A program made the position numbers and the translations under genes. Below, piece by piece: positions 33,871 to 47,780 of a DNA stretch of 64,000 bases. Source of the DNA: Chrysemys picta bellii (lineage: Eukaryota); the NCBI RefSeq assembly GCF_011386835.1, contig NC_088802.1, positions 44,020,001 to 44,084,000 on the forward strand, read 5' to 3'. Each line of letters starts with the position of its first letter. Within the stretch, counting starts at the first letter, position 1. A model generated the notes under the pieces. That model worked only from the letters and a program-made list of their open reading frames with translations. It was not told where the DNA came from and searched no databases.

Positions 33871-36800
33871 ATGGACCATGGGCAGTTTTGAGGGAAATGC
33901 TATATTGGGCTATTATACATGTGCAGATTGCATAGGATTATTAGCAGGAGTAGGTAGGTGTATTATAATATCACACAAAGGTCCCACACAATGTGCAGGA
34001 TCACATTGTGCTGAGTGTTGTACAGACACCTGCCTTTATCCCATAACCATTTAGCAGCACCACCCTTTTGACCAGCAGGCTGGATTGCCTCTTCACAGGG
34101 CTCACAGCAGTGCACCTCCATCACTTGCAGCTTGTTCAGAAAACAGCAGCATGTTTGTCCATTGAGTTGGGTTATAACAATCATATTGCACCTGCCCTGT
34201 GTTATTTACTCCACTTGCCTCTAGAGAATGGCACAGAGATTTTAAGTGGACACTGTTAGCTTTTCAGATCCTATCTGCCCAGGGCCTGGCTGCATTTGAG
34301 ACCTCCTCCTTGAAGCGAAGGTGTGCTCCAAGGCCACCTGCCTTTTCATGGATGTGAAGGGTTAAAATCCATGTGCATGTTATATAACAACCTGGTATAT
34401 GGATTGTGCCAGCTCTTTTCCAGACCCAAAGTCCAGAGTTTGGTTAAGAGACCAGAGGCCTCGCTAATAGTGGTTAGCTAAGAGAAAGCAGAATAAACAA
34501 GATAACATTGCCTTTGCTAAGATATGCTTGGTCAGTAGAAATGCCAGATGTTGAGGCAATAACTGAATAATTATGTTTCATCCAATGTTTCAAATTGAAC
34601 AAAGGATCCCTGTTCCTATTGTGTTTCTCCTGAAGGGAAAACAGACTTCCCACAGATCCAACCTTGAGTTTATGAAATATTGGCACATTCATATTCCTGG
34701 GAATGGCCATTTGATTGGGGGAAAGTGGTAGGACACTTGGAGGTTTCCCTTATGGTAGCCAGTCAAGCCAGTTCTCCGTCTGCTTTGCAGTGCAAGAGTG
34801 GCACAAAGCAACCGAGTGGGAGCCGGATGTTTGGCTGATGTATCTTAGAAGACTAGTTGGACAGCTAATCTACTGGGTCGTATTTCATTTAAAATCCACT
34901 ATATTTAATCCCAGGATTAGAGGAATATTACAGTGAAAAATCTTGAAGTGAAACATAAAAACTATATTTATTTGGAAAGAGATGAATTTGTTTTAAGTAT
35001 TTATTTTAATTAGTCAATACCTTGTTTAGATCCCTTTCTTCCTTTCTGAAACCCTTTGGGAAGAGCTGATGCTTTAAGCTTAATTGCCACAAATACATCT
35101 GTAATGAGAAGTTTATTTAAAAATCAAGTCATCGTTTAACTAGGCTTCAGACCACAAATCTCTCTCCTTCCAGGTCAACAGAAGGACCCCAAGCAAGAAA
35201 AACAGAAACTGATTCCAAAACCATCTACACCCATATGATCTGCTGTTTCACTGCCTGTTCCTGACCATGCTAATTACATCTCTCGATTAATTCCTCTGAC
35301 AGCATAAATGTTTCTGCCAGGTCAGATGATCAGCCTCAGTAGCAACAGGAAAAAACCAGGGAGAGCCCTTTATGTCTTCCACCACCAAGACGCGACACTG
35401 AAGTCAGACATAAAAACATTACTCCTCTAGCTTAGGATATATTGAACTGACACACGACATTGATCCAAAAATCTAAGCCCTATTAAAGAGCACTGACAGA
35501 GCGCAATACCTTACAATATGGTGTCAGGACACGAGCATTGAAAAGTTACAGAACTGACATCTCCGTTTGCCTCATGCCGAGCTATTTCAGAGAAAATATA
35601 CGGTTTCGAGCATGGGACCGATCCCAAGGCAAGATTGTAATTGACTTCAGTGGGAACAGGATCATTCTCCATGCACACAGGTCTTTTTCCTTTTCCATTT
35701 AATGTTTTAAGGGTCTGATCCAAAGCCCACTGAAGTCAACGTGAGTCTTCCCACGGACACCGTTAGGTTTGGGTCAGTCCTGAGGCAAACATACTGTGAT
35801 ACCGAACTGGGACAGTTACAGTTATTTATAGAAGCCGACAAGCTTAAACAAAACATGTGGGCCAAAATCTGCTGTCTGCTCCGTCAGTGTGAATGTAGAG
35901 ACATCCACTGTAGTCAATAGCACTGCTCTGGATTTAAGAGAGCACAATTTTAACATTTTATATACAATATTATTTACCTGTGGCTAAATGTTGTCCTCAG
36001 ATATGTACCTACATTTCCCAAACAAGTCAATGGGATTCACGTCCATGTGTCCAAATTCTGCCCTTACACATGCTCAAGCTCACTTAGGGTTAAAGTCATC
36101 CCCATGTGGAGGGCTAACACAAGCACTAGGCAGCACTTAAGCCTAGTTCTGTGAACTTAAGTGGTGCATAGGCCTTGTATTAGCACAAGCATGAACTTCA
36201 CCCCCAAGAACTCCAGCTACCCTCACTTCCTTGCAGTACCGAAGGGTAAGTGACGCTATCAAGCTCCTCTATGTTATTCATTCTCAGGGGGTAACCAATA
36301 ATGTAAGATAGCTCACCTGGAGAGGGTCTTCTCCTGGGTTTGTGCCTTCCTGTCTCAATCACAGCAGAGAGGTTTTATTCAGTGTAAAAGTCTCCCCCTG
36401 CTGTCTCCTCAGGCCTGTAAAAAGATGTGTTTTCCCTTTTAAAAAAATCTTAAGGAGAAAGGAACAGCTTTTCCTAGGACTTTTCTCCAGTTTGAAGCTC
36501 TGAGGGTCTAACAGGGAGGATGGTGTTACCCTCAGAATTCAGTGGAGTTGTCGAAGGCCAGCTCCACCCTGGGTATGTTTCATAGCACTCTGGAGTAAGA
36601 CAGCGCTCATGATATTGTCAACTGTAATTCAGTTTCAAGATACAATATATTGCTAGCAAAAGACAGACCCTAGTAATGCAAAGCAAATACAGGCTCATAT
36701 CTTGAGCTGGTGTAAACAGGCCTAATCCCATTAAGTTAAATGGACTGACAGCAGATGAGGATCTGGCCCATGAGATCTATATGGCATCACAAAGCTGATT

Positions 36801-37699
36801 TTACCGGAGCTGGGCAGTCTCCAGGCTGCCTGACAAGGACTACAAAGCATATTCCTCCAATTAGGGACCAATGAGCCCCCCTCCTGTACCCCACCCCCCG
36901 CCTGACACAGCAAACCTCTCCCTGCTAACCATTGGCCTAAGCAGAGAATTCATGTAGCCCACTGAACAGCTCATGTTCCTAATTAAGTTCTAGACAGCTG
37001 AAATCGATGAAGACAGGATACATCCTTGCCCTGTCTTCTCTCAAAGCAGAAAGAAAGTGCATGGTTCATTTATTTTGCCATTTTGCTCTACATTAAGATT
37101 TGTTTTATTGGCCTGACAAAATGTAAACTGATCAGTTTAATTACTTTCAGGTTACCCAGTGCAGCGCAAGTACAGGAGGAAAAGCTACATTTAAGACAGT
37201 AGTTTATGGTCTATTTTCTTCACTGTTCCTGTTTTGATCACTCTCCATAGAAAACAGAAGGGAAGAGGGCTGTAATCTCTAAATGGAGTTCTAGTACCAA
37301 TGCTGTCTTGTCTATATGTGACATTCTGGCTCATTTGAAGTCAAAGGCAATATTCCTATTGACTACAATAGGGCCAGGGTTGATCCTGTGTATTTAAGTA
37401 CCTTCTCCTTTGTATTTAAGTGCCCTCTCCTTTGTATTTAAGTACTCCTCTCAACATAATCCATAACCCTTAACCCTTTGCTGGCTAGCGAGTTCAATTT
37501 ACAAACAATATAAAACAAATTAAAACCTGCACTGTTCTGGATGCCTTATTAGTTTTACTAATAAAATTAAGATCTTGTGGGGTCTGGCAAACCATTCCAG
37601 TTTATTCTGGTTATTAGGGGTGGGGTATGAAGATAGAAATCAGAGATGTTTGCACTAGAAAGGTAAACTGGAAATTTCTGTCTACCCCCATTCTTAGAT

Positions 37700-38230
37700 G
37701 AACAATACAAGAATAATTTAACTGAAGATGAAAAGTAACACAATAGAAAAAAAACCTGAAAAAATACTATTTTGCAAAAGCCCCATAGTTAACCTATGGA
37801 ATTCACTGCCACAAAGAGATCATGGAAGCCAAGAGCATAGGAGGATTCAAAAAGGGCTGGGCATTTACATGGAAAATGATGAGACTATGATAATTACATT
37901 AGATGGGGTAAATAAAACTGAGGGAACATAAACCCTAAAGGACAGATTTTGAAAAGGCAGTGCCTAAAGATGCAGATAGGAACCAGGACTTCCAAAAGCA
38001 CCTGTCACAGAAATCAAAGGGAATTGGGTGCCTAGGTTTTTTTTGGAAATCCAAAACTTACCTACATCCTTTGGCATTTAAAGAAAGACATGTTTTTCTT
38101 GCATAGATTATTCAGTAATTGTCTACAATGGGGTTTCTTGAACCTTCCTGTGAAATATCAGATTCTGACCAGTGTCAGAGCCAGGTTACTGGGCTAGATG
38201 GACCATGGATCTGGCATTTCACAGCTAAGG
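37700..38230 (+). mobile_element. Degenerate CR1 fragment
   Basis: atagttaacctatggaattcactgccacaa (IVNLWNSLPQ) and downstream tail. Confidence 0.62.
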
Positions 38231-38920
38231 GGGCAGATTCAGGTAGTGGTTCTACCCTTTCACTTTTCTTTATCACTGTTATTGTAAAATGCTCAGATAA
38301 CAGTCATTCCCATTGGCCGGAAATCGTGGCAGCAGAGGTGCTGCTGGATATGAGCAGGTGTTAGCTGATCTTCGACATGCAGCGTTCTCATTTGTCACCA
38401 ATCACAGAATGTGCTTCTGTTCACGCTCCTGGTGGAAAATAAAGAGGTTTCACTTTGGATAGTGTGAACATTCAGCCCATATATTTTTGTCAAGAACGAA
38501 GACAATTCTGTTCTGACTCAGACTAGGAGCTCTTCAGTGGAAAGATGAGCAAATTGCAGTGAACTGGATCCACAGGCACTAATTCCACTTAGAATTTCCG
38601 AAGAGCTATTTCTCCTATCTTATGTCTTTACATCACCAGTTTAATGGTATTACCTGCTTGCTCTGGCAGACAGCCTGCCCTCTCTCCCTATTAATAGAGG
38701 CACATCACTGGCTTACCAGAATATTAAAGCAAAGGCCTTTTACCTCTGGAAACAGGAGCCCAAATCCAATACAGGCTCCAAGTGATAGTGACTTTGGTCA
38801 TCTCCACAGGCACTTGTGATATTGACAAGACCACTAGCAGTTCCACATGATTGACAGTCTCTGCAGAGGGGAGATGACGGGGGCTGATGCAGCTCAGGAC
38901 TGGGAAGCTCTAATAGAGCT

Positions 38921-39116
38921 AAAAGAACAGGAGTACTTGTGGCACCGTAGAGACTAACACATTTATTTGAGCATAAGCTTTCGTGGACTAAAACCCACTT
39001 CATCGGATGCACACAGTGGAAAATACAGTAGGAAGATATATATATATACACAGAGAACATGAAACAATGGGTGTTACCATACACACTATAACGAGAGTGA
39101 TCGGTTAAGGTGAGCT
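38921..39116 (-). mobile_element. Penelope-like element remnant
   Basis: Same family as 24541 (aaaagaacaggagtacttgtggcacc...cataagctttcgtgg...cagtggaaaatacagtaggaag). Confidence 0.78.
38971..39010 (-). ncRNA. Minimal type I hammerhead ribozyme motif (PLE type)
   Basis: Minus strand GCAU-CCGAUGA-A-GUGGGU(UUUA)GUCCAC-GAAAGCU-U-AUGC: stem I GCAU/AUGC, 6-bp stem II, palindromic AGCU stem III. Confidence 0.68.
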
Positions 39117-40219
39117 CAACTCCCACTGATTTCAATCTCACCCAGGGTGTGACAGGAACAGGATCCGGGTCCGGTTAATCTCAGTGCTATTTGTCCTGGT
39201 CACCCATTTGCTGTCCCGAGTTCTCAAGTGAAGCACGAAGGCCCCGAACCTGCAAACACTTAGCTTGAAGCTTGGAAGTAGTTCCACAGACTTTAATAGG
39301 GCTCCTCATGTTGGTAAAGTTAAGCCCGGGTATGTATTTGCAGGATCAAGGCCTAAACTGGGATTTGATGCCATTATTTTCCAGTAGTATTTTGAATGGC
39401 TACTGACTAAAGAGCCGTGTTTTCTTTCAAAAGGAAATAATATTTGCATAATTAAGCAGGCAGCTATAATAGGCTTTAACCTGAACCATTTTAAATACTT
39501 TTTTTTGAAATCTCCACAAGAAAAAGGAAGCACTTGCTGCTTTACGGCCCCTGGAGAGTAATTAACTGTGTTAATTAGTGCACGGAAATACATGTGCATC
39601 TTAACAACAATTCATAGCAGAGTTCTGTGCCTACATATGGCTATGGAACTGCTAGCAAGTCCCTGTGTACTTGTTCTCTGCACTAGCACAGAGCTTCTGA
39701 GCCTATATCAAGCGCTAGTACAAATCCAGGTCAAGTACTGCATGTTATGCAATTATGTTAATTGTTATTATTATGTTAATTGTCAATTTTAAAGAGCAGC
39801 CAGCTCATTCTGGCATGAGAACTTGAACAATGGACAGTGTCTGGCTCAGACAAAAAGCGGGCAAGTGGTTACCACAGTTCCTTTAAATACGGGCCCAGTG
39901 AAGTCAGTGGAAGGGAGTCACGTTGACTTTGTTGGTCTTTGGATCAGGACCACCAGTCAACTGTCCATAATATATGGCTATAGCAGAGGCGGTGCCCCTG
40001 TTTATGACCTTGGGAACCTCTTGCCCAAGGATAGAAATAGCCTCATTCCTGGGGTATTCAGTTAGACCTATGTTGCAACATTAAAATGAAATCCTAATTC
40101 TAGCTGCACGTCACCCCCACTTGGAAAAATTTAGCTAGAAGATAGACAAAAACCAGAGAAAAGCATGCTCACCTAACCGGCCCATTGCTAAAGCTTGCAA
40201 GGATGGGTCAGGAGACTTT

Positions 40220-40523
40220 GGGTATGTCTATACTGGCATGGGAGGGGTAATTTCCAGCTAAGGGGACATCCCCACACTAGTGCTGATCAAGCTAGCACAC
40301 TAAAAACAGAAGTGTAGCCACAGTGGCACAAGCAGTGGGTGGGGCTTGGCACGCAAGTACATGCCTGGGGTCTTGGATGGGATTGTAGTATGGCAGTTAG
40401 CCGGTCCCACCATTCACACCACTGTGGCTACAGACTATTTACATCCCCCCTCAATCAGCACTAGTGTGGGTATGACTTCTCAAGCTGGAGGTCACACCTT
40501 CCAGCTCCACGGTAGACATACCC
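40220..40523. mobile_element. Fold-back Harbinger-like MITE
   Basis: TIR gggtatgtcta / tagacataccc. Internal inverted arms cacactagtgctgat / atcagcactagtgtg and gtagccacagtgg / ccactgtggctac. Confidence 0.65.
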
Positions 40524-42100
40524 TTAGTGACAACGTTAAAGATGGCTGTTCTCACCGTTAGGAGCAGTCTCCAGCTCTCAATCCATTGCTCATTGCCTGG
40601 GAGTCCGATTCTTGTGCTGAAATGAATATTCACCACTCATTGTTGCAGTGTCTGTCCCGCAGCACTGCTTAAAGACTGCAGGATTTGACAGGACGTTTAT
40701 AAAGATCTCTCTTGGGACTCTAAATCTCTGGAGCCAGGATTGCTTATTATTTTAGTGGTTTTAGCCAACAGCAAGAGACACCGGATGCTTGTTCAATAAT
40801 AATAAAAAAATCAGGGCTTACTTCAGTGCAAGGCACTAAAATAAGAAACAACTTCTCAGCCTTCCCTTTCCTCTGTCACACATTTAACAGCAAAGCAGTT
40901 TTCTTTACTCAATAGCTCCCCTGTAAGGCCCAGGTTGTTAAATTCTGCAACTGAGCAAACTCTGCAGGTGATGAAAAGCATCTCTGACCATGCCTGGTTG
41001 CATTTGTCATCCACACCTTCAGTGAGTTTGGTTTTCAAGAGGGAGGGCAGGGAACACAGAGCCTCCAGCAAGTTGGGAACAAACACTACAAAAGGGACAA
41101 AGGTTGACTTTGTTCCTTCACCCAAAGATTCAGAATAGGAGTGGAATCATCCTTTCCAGCAATGCCAGTGTTCAGAGCTCTAGAATATGGGATATGAAAT
41201 TGTAAAAAGCACTAACCAAGGTTACAAGGAAGGATGGGATGGTCTTGTAGCTAAGGTTCTCACTAGACTAGGACATAGGAGAGCTGGCTTCTGCTGGACT
41301 TTGGGAAAGTCACTTAATATTTCTGTGAAACTGTAAAATGGAGAGAATATTACTTCCTTTCTCCCAACCTTAGTCTATTTAGGAAGAGACAGTCCCTGCC
41401 CTGAGTAATTTATAGTCCGTGTATGTCCAGTGCTTAGCACACTGAGGGTCTGTACACCTCTGGTGCCTCTAGGCACGACTATATTACAAATAAAGATTCC
41501 ATAAGCATTGCTGAAGAGATAGCTCACGAAATGGGGCCGCTAATATGCGCCTACCTGATGGGGGGGTTGCAAGGATAAATCCATTACTGTGCGCAGATAC
41601 TATAGGGCTGGGTGCAATAGAAAAGCCCACAAATAAAAGACACACCATAAAAAGGGCATATGAAGTGTCCCCAAGAAATATTGATTTTATAGCAAGTAGT
41701 TTGGGCAGAAAAGCTGTAAATTCCTAGAGGTGAAGTGAGGAGTTACTCCAAGGGATAGTACCTAGATACAGCACCCGAACCAATGCCCTCAGTCATTCCC
41801 GTCTCACACCCTGTACACACAGGCGTGCATGGAGAGCGCCGGATTGCTCGAGAGCAGCGTGACAATGGAAGAGTGAGGGGTAGGGAAAGAAAATGCTTCC
41901 CTCCTACACGCCCACCCCTGGAGGTGAGGGCTGCAGGATAGGGGGAGACCTGGGGCAATCAGAGCATTAAAATGCCTCCTCCCCGGAGCATCTGAGTCCC
42001 TTGGGAGACGGAAAGGCCGTTTGCTGGGAGATCCTGAAGGGGCTGGACGGAGATGCGTTACATGTGAGACAGCGAAGAGTTGCTCCCCCAGTCCCCGGAG

Positions 42101-42177
42101 TTCAGAACCACGGACAGCTCCCACCCAGCCGCGCGTTCTAGCGGAAGCGGGACCGGTCCAGGACCAAGGACAGATCC
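42101..42177 (+). promoter_or_regulatory. Two RE1-like sites in a small CpG-rich patch
   Basis: ttcagaaccacggacagctcc (42101-42121) and tccaggaccaaggacagatcc (42157-42177). Confidence 0.55.
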
Positions 42178-43400
42178 CAGCGCAGGAGCACCCGCTCCTT
42201 GCAGGGCTCGTTCCCTGGGGTGGGCAGCTTCGCGGGGGAGCGCGGCTCCAACAGAGGCAGTTATTATTTTCGGGAAATTAAAACAATAACTAAATACAAA
42301 AGGGCTTGCCCCCCCACACACACACAAAGAAAATTTCCTCCCCATCCAATAGAAAAAAATAATAACTAAACTAAACTAAAAAATAATAATAAACACTTTG
42401 GGGGGAAATGGCTGAAAACTGAATCCCCCCAAGAGAGTTCACCACAGAATATTTGGGTTCCAGTTTCTGATTTATTTATTTTTGGCAGCCCAGAGAAGTT
42501 TGACCCGGATGGAAGTTTTCAAAGCTTGAGTTGAAATATTTCGATGAAAAGAAAATCCCACCAGTCCTAGTGGAGGCTGGGATGGCCTCCTGTGAGGCTG
42601 GAGCTGTAAAAAACGGACAAGGAAGGCTTTTAGCAGTAAGGGGCTGTCTATAAATGACTTAGGGCATGGGAAGGGGGAGGAACCTTAATTTTGCATGTTT
42701 ATTTCAGTGGTAGAAGGCCTGGGTTGGCCTTAAAAAAGACACCACAAATGTGTTGTGTCATTTATGGACAACCCCTAAGTGCTAGAGCAAAGCAGAGCCA
42801 GGCTACGGCCAGGAAGGCCAATCCAAATGGGGCCTCTCCTCAAGCCCAGAGTGGCAGGACTAAAGGTTAAGCGGAGGAGGATTATTTCCCGAGACACACA
42901 CAGAGATTTTATACTAGCTTCTTGATGCCTCTCCAGGGAGCATGAATCAGTGTTCATGTCCTGCTCCCCATCAGTCCCGGCCTGGGCTAGGGAAGCCAAT
43001 GATCCAACCAGCGGACCAAATTCACTGATGTATCCTGGTCACGTGTTCCTGGAGGGAGGCACATTGTGCATATGCTAAGAAGCTCAGGGAACACGGGGCA
43101 GAGGTGGCATTCCGGGGCAAGTGCCCCCTCAGATTTCTGCTTGACCTGCCAGGGGTGGTGGGAGGGAGAGGGGCTCTATCCTTCTTCCACCATGCCTGCT
43201 CCTCGGCACATAAGGCTCCCAGGCATCCAGGCCCAGGCAGGGAGTGGAAGGGGTGGGCCCAGCTGCTTCTCAAGCTGGCTGCACCAGGTAGCTGCTCTGT
43301 GCAGTGCAGTGGCTGCCTGTGAGAGCCTGGCTGGGGAAGTGGTGGCTTCCACTCCCCACCTGGGCCCAGCTGCCAAGGACAGGGGCCCACTCAAGCCAGA

Positions 43401-43581
43401 GGGAGGGATAGCTCAGTGGTTTGAGCATTGGCCTGCTAAACCCAGGGTTGTGAGTTCAATCCTTGTGGGGGCCATTTTGGGAACTGGGATAAAATTCTGT
43501 CTGGGGATTGGTCCTGCTTTGAGCAGGGGGTTGGACTAGATGACCTCCTGAGGTCCCTTCCAACCCTGATATTCTATGATT
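43401..43581 (+). mobile_element. tRNA-derived tortoise Pol III (Cry-type) SINE
   Basis: A box tagctcagtgg, B box gagttcaatcc, CR1 3' tail ...ttccaaccctgatattctatgatt. Confidence 0.88.
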
Positions 43582-46500
43582 TTCTGCTTGCTCAGCCCCT
43601 GTCCCAGAAGCTGGGGAACTGAGCAGCCACCTTCAGCCCCATGAGAAGTGCTCTGTCCTGCTCCCCATCTGGCCCAGCTGTCAGGGACAGGGGCTGATTG
43701 TGCCGGGGGGAGGTGCAGCAGGAGGACAGAGCCCCCACCCTGCAGGTACCTGGTGGAGTGTGGCCATCCCCGGGCAGCTAGGCGCAGGATGGGGGTCACT
43801 GGGGAAGACACCAGGAGCAGGTTCCCTGGCCTTTGCTCAGCCCAGGCTGGGCCAGGCCCAGAGGCACATGCTCCCCATTCCTGTGGCCCTCAGGGAGGGA
43901 ACTGTCGGGATGGGCTGCCCTGGCCCAGGGAGGTGGGGCTGGAAGTTCCTCCCAAAGGAGGCACGTGGGGTGTTCTCATTTACATTGCATTCCCCCTTCC
44001 CTCCCCCCAGTATCACGAGGCAGGAGTCACCTATGAATGCCTCTCCTCCCCACAGAGGGGCATCAAGCACAAGAGATCCCTTTCACAGCCTCAGAGTGAG
44101 GAGTTCAGTGAAAACTGCAAAGTACAGTGCTGCCCCCTAGTGACTAATTAGCCTGAATGTCATTCTTCATCACAACACAGTTCTAATTGAACTTTGATAA
44201 ATTTTTTTTAATTTCCCAGGCAGCAGCAGTGTGCTGCGTGCGACACAAGGCAAATAAATATTGATGGACACTCTCAAACCCTAGATGCTTGCAAGCTAAG
44301 TGACACTAAGATACAGAGAGGAAGGTAGAAGGGTAGCTGTGCGTGGATGAGGTAATAGAGGTTTCATATATAGTTTTTCAGAACGTGCTGAAATGTGAAC
44401 AAGCGATGCGATTGCAGTCCTGATTTCTGCTGCATTTGTTTCCATTTGAATTATTTTGCTCTAATCTATTTTTCATACATTTCTGAACTGACGCGAGGTA
44501 TATTTGCATTAAATGGTATAAAAATCACAGCTCTTAGTGGAATATGACTCCTTGTTTCTGAACTCAAGGGCTTCTCTGTTCAGCTCTATCATCTCTTAGT
44601 TCACTTCTAACCCCTTTTGAGAGCTCATTTGCAGCACAGCCAGAAAGTGCCTTTTTTGTTGTTTGAATCCCCTTTCTGCATGGAGTCTAATTTAATCTCC
44701 TTCATGGCACCATCCCAGATTGAAATTAAGTACATGAAGCAACCTGGTGATCTGGCATTTTAGTGTTTGATATTAAACACATGCCAGGAGTGGAGCTGTG
44801 CATGACCTATACCTTTGGAAACTTCAGGCCCAAAGCATGGAGAGAAGACAGACAGCCTGTTTAATGTACAACCTGTGAACTAAGTTTCCTATGTCCACCC
44901 ATCCATTAGAACGTAGGTTAGAAAGAAGGGAAGCCCTGTGCCCTACAAGCCCATCTAGGAGCCTGAGCAAGGTCATATATGGACAGGAGATCATGCACTT
45001 CCCTCCTCCCTCCAAACTACTCAGTCCTCTCCCTGCTGCACATCTCTCATTCCTCTAGGTAATAGAAGTCCCAACTTCCACCCATTCCAGTTTCCAAGCC
45101 ATAAGACACCCTCCCACACCCTTCTATCATATAGGGCTCAGTTCTCCTCCCAGTGACAAAACCCTTTAACCCTTTCTAACTGCTAAGTCCCTTTCCTTTC
45201 CTTCTAGCCGATGAAATCATTTGGACCATCTCACTTTCCATCTCCTGAGGCCCTGCCTAACTTATTCACCCCCTAGTGAATCCCAGCGCTATCCCTGCTC
45301 TGGACCATCGCCCACGCAGAGGTGCACCAGTGATGAAAGGAGCAGTCAGCACTTTCATTTCATTGTAGGTGCATGTTGGGAATTTTGTCACATATCTCAC
45401 TGTAGGCAGCGGGGGTAGCACCACCTATACAGAAGGATGCCTGACACTTCCCCATTATAAGATCTGGTTTCTAATAACTCTGCCTGTACATAGCACTCTA
45501 GATCTGTTGCTTCACAGGTGAGAGGAGACGCCAAGCTGGTCAAAATGGCTGTAGCACAGGTCTCTTCTCGGGGGTGGGGGGGAATTAAGTTAATAAAATG
45601 GAAGAGATTTGGAAAACTCATTTACCGCAAGTAGATCTTTTCAGCAAGTGTGCCCGGCTGAAAGGGGGAGATCTGAGGTACATCTAGAAAATAAGGGAAT
45701 TTTAACATCAGCAGCATCTGGAACGGACCATTTAGCCTGGTCAGTTAGGTATTCGTTGCCTTTTATCTTCTATTTCTTTGTAATCAATTCTGACTTTTAT
45801 GTCTCATTACTTGTGATCACTTACGCTCTTTCCTTCTGTAGTCAATAAACATGTTCTATCTAAACCAGCGTGTTTGGACTGAAGTGTTTGGGAAACTCCA
45901 TTTGGGGTGACAGGATTTGTGCATAGCATTTTCTATTGATGAATGATGGACTTTATATGAGCTTGTATTGTCCAGGTGGGGGCTGGGAAGTGCAAGACAC
46001 ATTTCTGGGGGAGAGTCTGGGACTGGGAGTTTGCTGGTGTTGCCCTGCAGTGTAATTCATGAGTGGCTGGCATAGCACTCATATAATATAACTGGGAGAG
46101 AATTGCATGCTGGAGGCCGGGTGTGAGCAAACCAGGAGCGGTTGCTCTCACAGTGAAGCAGTTTAAAAGGCGCCCCAGGTTGGAGAATTGAGGGAACACA
46201 GCAGTTCAGGCTGTACCTGGGGAATGTCACAGTAAGGGAGAATTTTCATAAGCACAGTTGATGTGTGGGGCTGCAACCAGATTATCAGCCCAGCATTGGA
46301 CAACAGCTGGAGTTCTAGTGCATGTAGGTGTACAGGCATTAGGCAGTATCCCTTTAAATAATGGGGAGACCTCACATGGGCCTCCCTGTCTTCTCTAACA
46401 GAAGTGTATACATGTAGCTAGATGTTGTATATAGCTAGTAAACACATGGTTGTTTGGGACCCAACTGTGTTCATGTGGTTTCCTCTTATTTTTAATGTGT

Positions 46501-47615
46501 TGAGAGCAAAGACAACAGCGAGGCACTAATACTATGGTGGTTAATGTGGTTTAAGTAGAGTCAGTTCCTCGACTGTGTCCTCTACCTTTGGTTACAGAGC
46601 AGGAGACAGAGATGTTCCTGTACGATATCATTACAATGAAGTTCTGAACACTTAAGCTACAGGGAGAGATGCACCACTAGAGAGGGCCAGGAAATTATCC
46701 CCCCTGCACAAACAATGTTGCAAAAACAGAAATTCTCATTTTTTGTTGAAATGTTTGATCTTTTCACCAAAATAAAGCCCCCCAAACACTCAGCTCCTGA
46801 CCATGGAAAATTTCTATATTTTTATGAAAACCCAAACAATTGTGATGAAAACGGAAATGTATTGAAAAAATTCTATCCGCTCAAAAAGCCATTTTCCATC
46901 AACGAAGCTTTTCGATAGAAGATTTATGACCCTTCTGTCTCTGCAGTTACTCCTCCCTGCCTTGCTAGGTGGGCCCCATCTCTGCTCAGCTCTCCTGCTT
47001 CTCAGAGCAGCATCCCACAGTTGAGAAAGCTGAAGCCCCCCGGTGACCCCATGTGCGCAGCCAGGCATTCACCTCCATTCACTTCTCACATTCTAATCAC
47101 TAGGCAAATGTGATGACTGGTTTGCTGGAGTAGAAGTGAAAGCCGAGTCCAGCCCATTAAGAATATAGCGAAGGCGGCTTATTTGTAGTGGCTCTGTTGA
47201 CTGATAGTACATTTGCCTTCTCCCTATATTGAGTCTGAACCTAATAGGTCTAAGCAGCCTCTGCACTGGGTGCCTTCAACTCCCACAGACTAACAGGAAT
47301 TGAAGGTGCTGAGCTGAGCACCCCACAGGATCAGGCCCATATTTCTAGGTTTTTGGGGGGGTTATTAGATCTAAAAGCATCCACCCGCTTTGTATCTCAT
47401 TTTAGGCATTGGGTAGCCCTGGTAACTTGTGCTTTGGGGGCACGTTGAGATGTTCCATTCTGGGAGGGGTGCAGGAGTTACGAATTAGACTTTGACTGGA
47501 CTGTGAAACAGAAACGTCAGACGGATCTGGTTTCCTCTAATAAAGGCGGTTGAAATGACACATTCTAAAAAAGCCACCCCCACAGAATGAGACCACTCAG
47601 CTGCCACAAGTTCAG

Positions 47616-47628
47616 GAGGAAGTGAAAC
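47616..47628 (+). promoter_or_regulatory. PU.1/IRF composite element (EICE, GGAAgtGAAA) upstream of leader C
   Basis: gaggaagtgaaac ~165 bp upstream of the ATG, with further Ets cores at 47641 (ggaagt) and ~47720 (ccggaaat). Confidence 0.55.
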
Positions 47629-47780
47629 AGTCAAGAGAAAGGAAGTCCGAAACAAAATCCATTTGTCAGTATGTTTTAGATTCGAGAAAACACAGAGCCC
47701 TGCCTTCATTGAGACCGCACCGGAAATGCAGATAGCTACCTACAGTCCACATTCTGCTGTCTGAAGAAAGAACCGGGACC

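Noticed and set aside
35174-35270. Exon-like segment (tccttccag acceptor; one frame reads ...KTIYTHM...) as a relic CD300 tail
   Set aside because: No IgV, stalk or TM exon nearby, and the frame is arbitrary.
44502-44509. Octamer ATTTGCAT
   Set aside because: A single 8-mer is expected about twice by chance in this window.
46715-46918. 67-aa ORF identical in both duplicate copies (also 53933-54136)
   Set aside because: Lies in a near-identical non-coding tract, so identity reflects recent duplication or conversion, not coding constraint.
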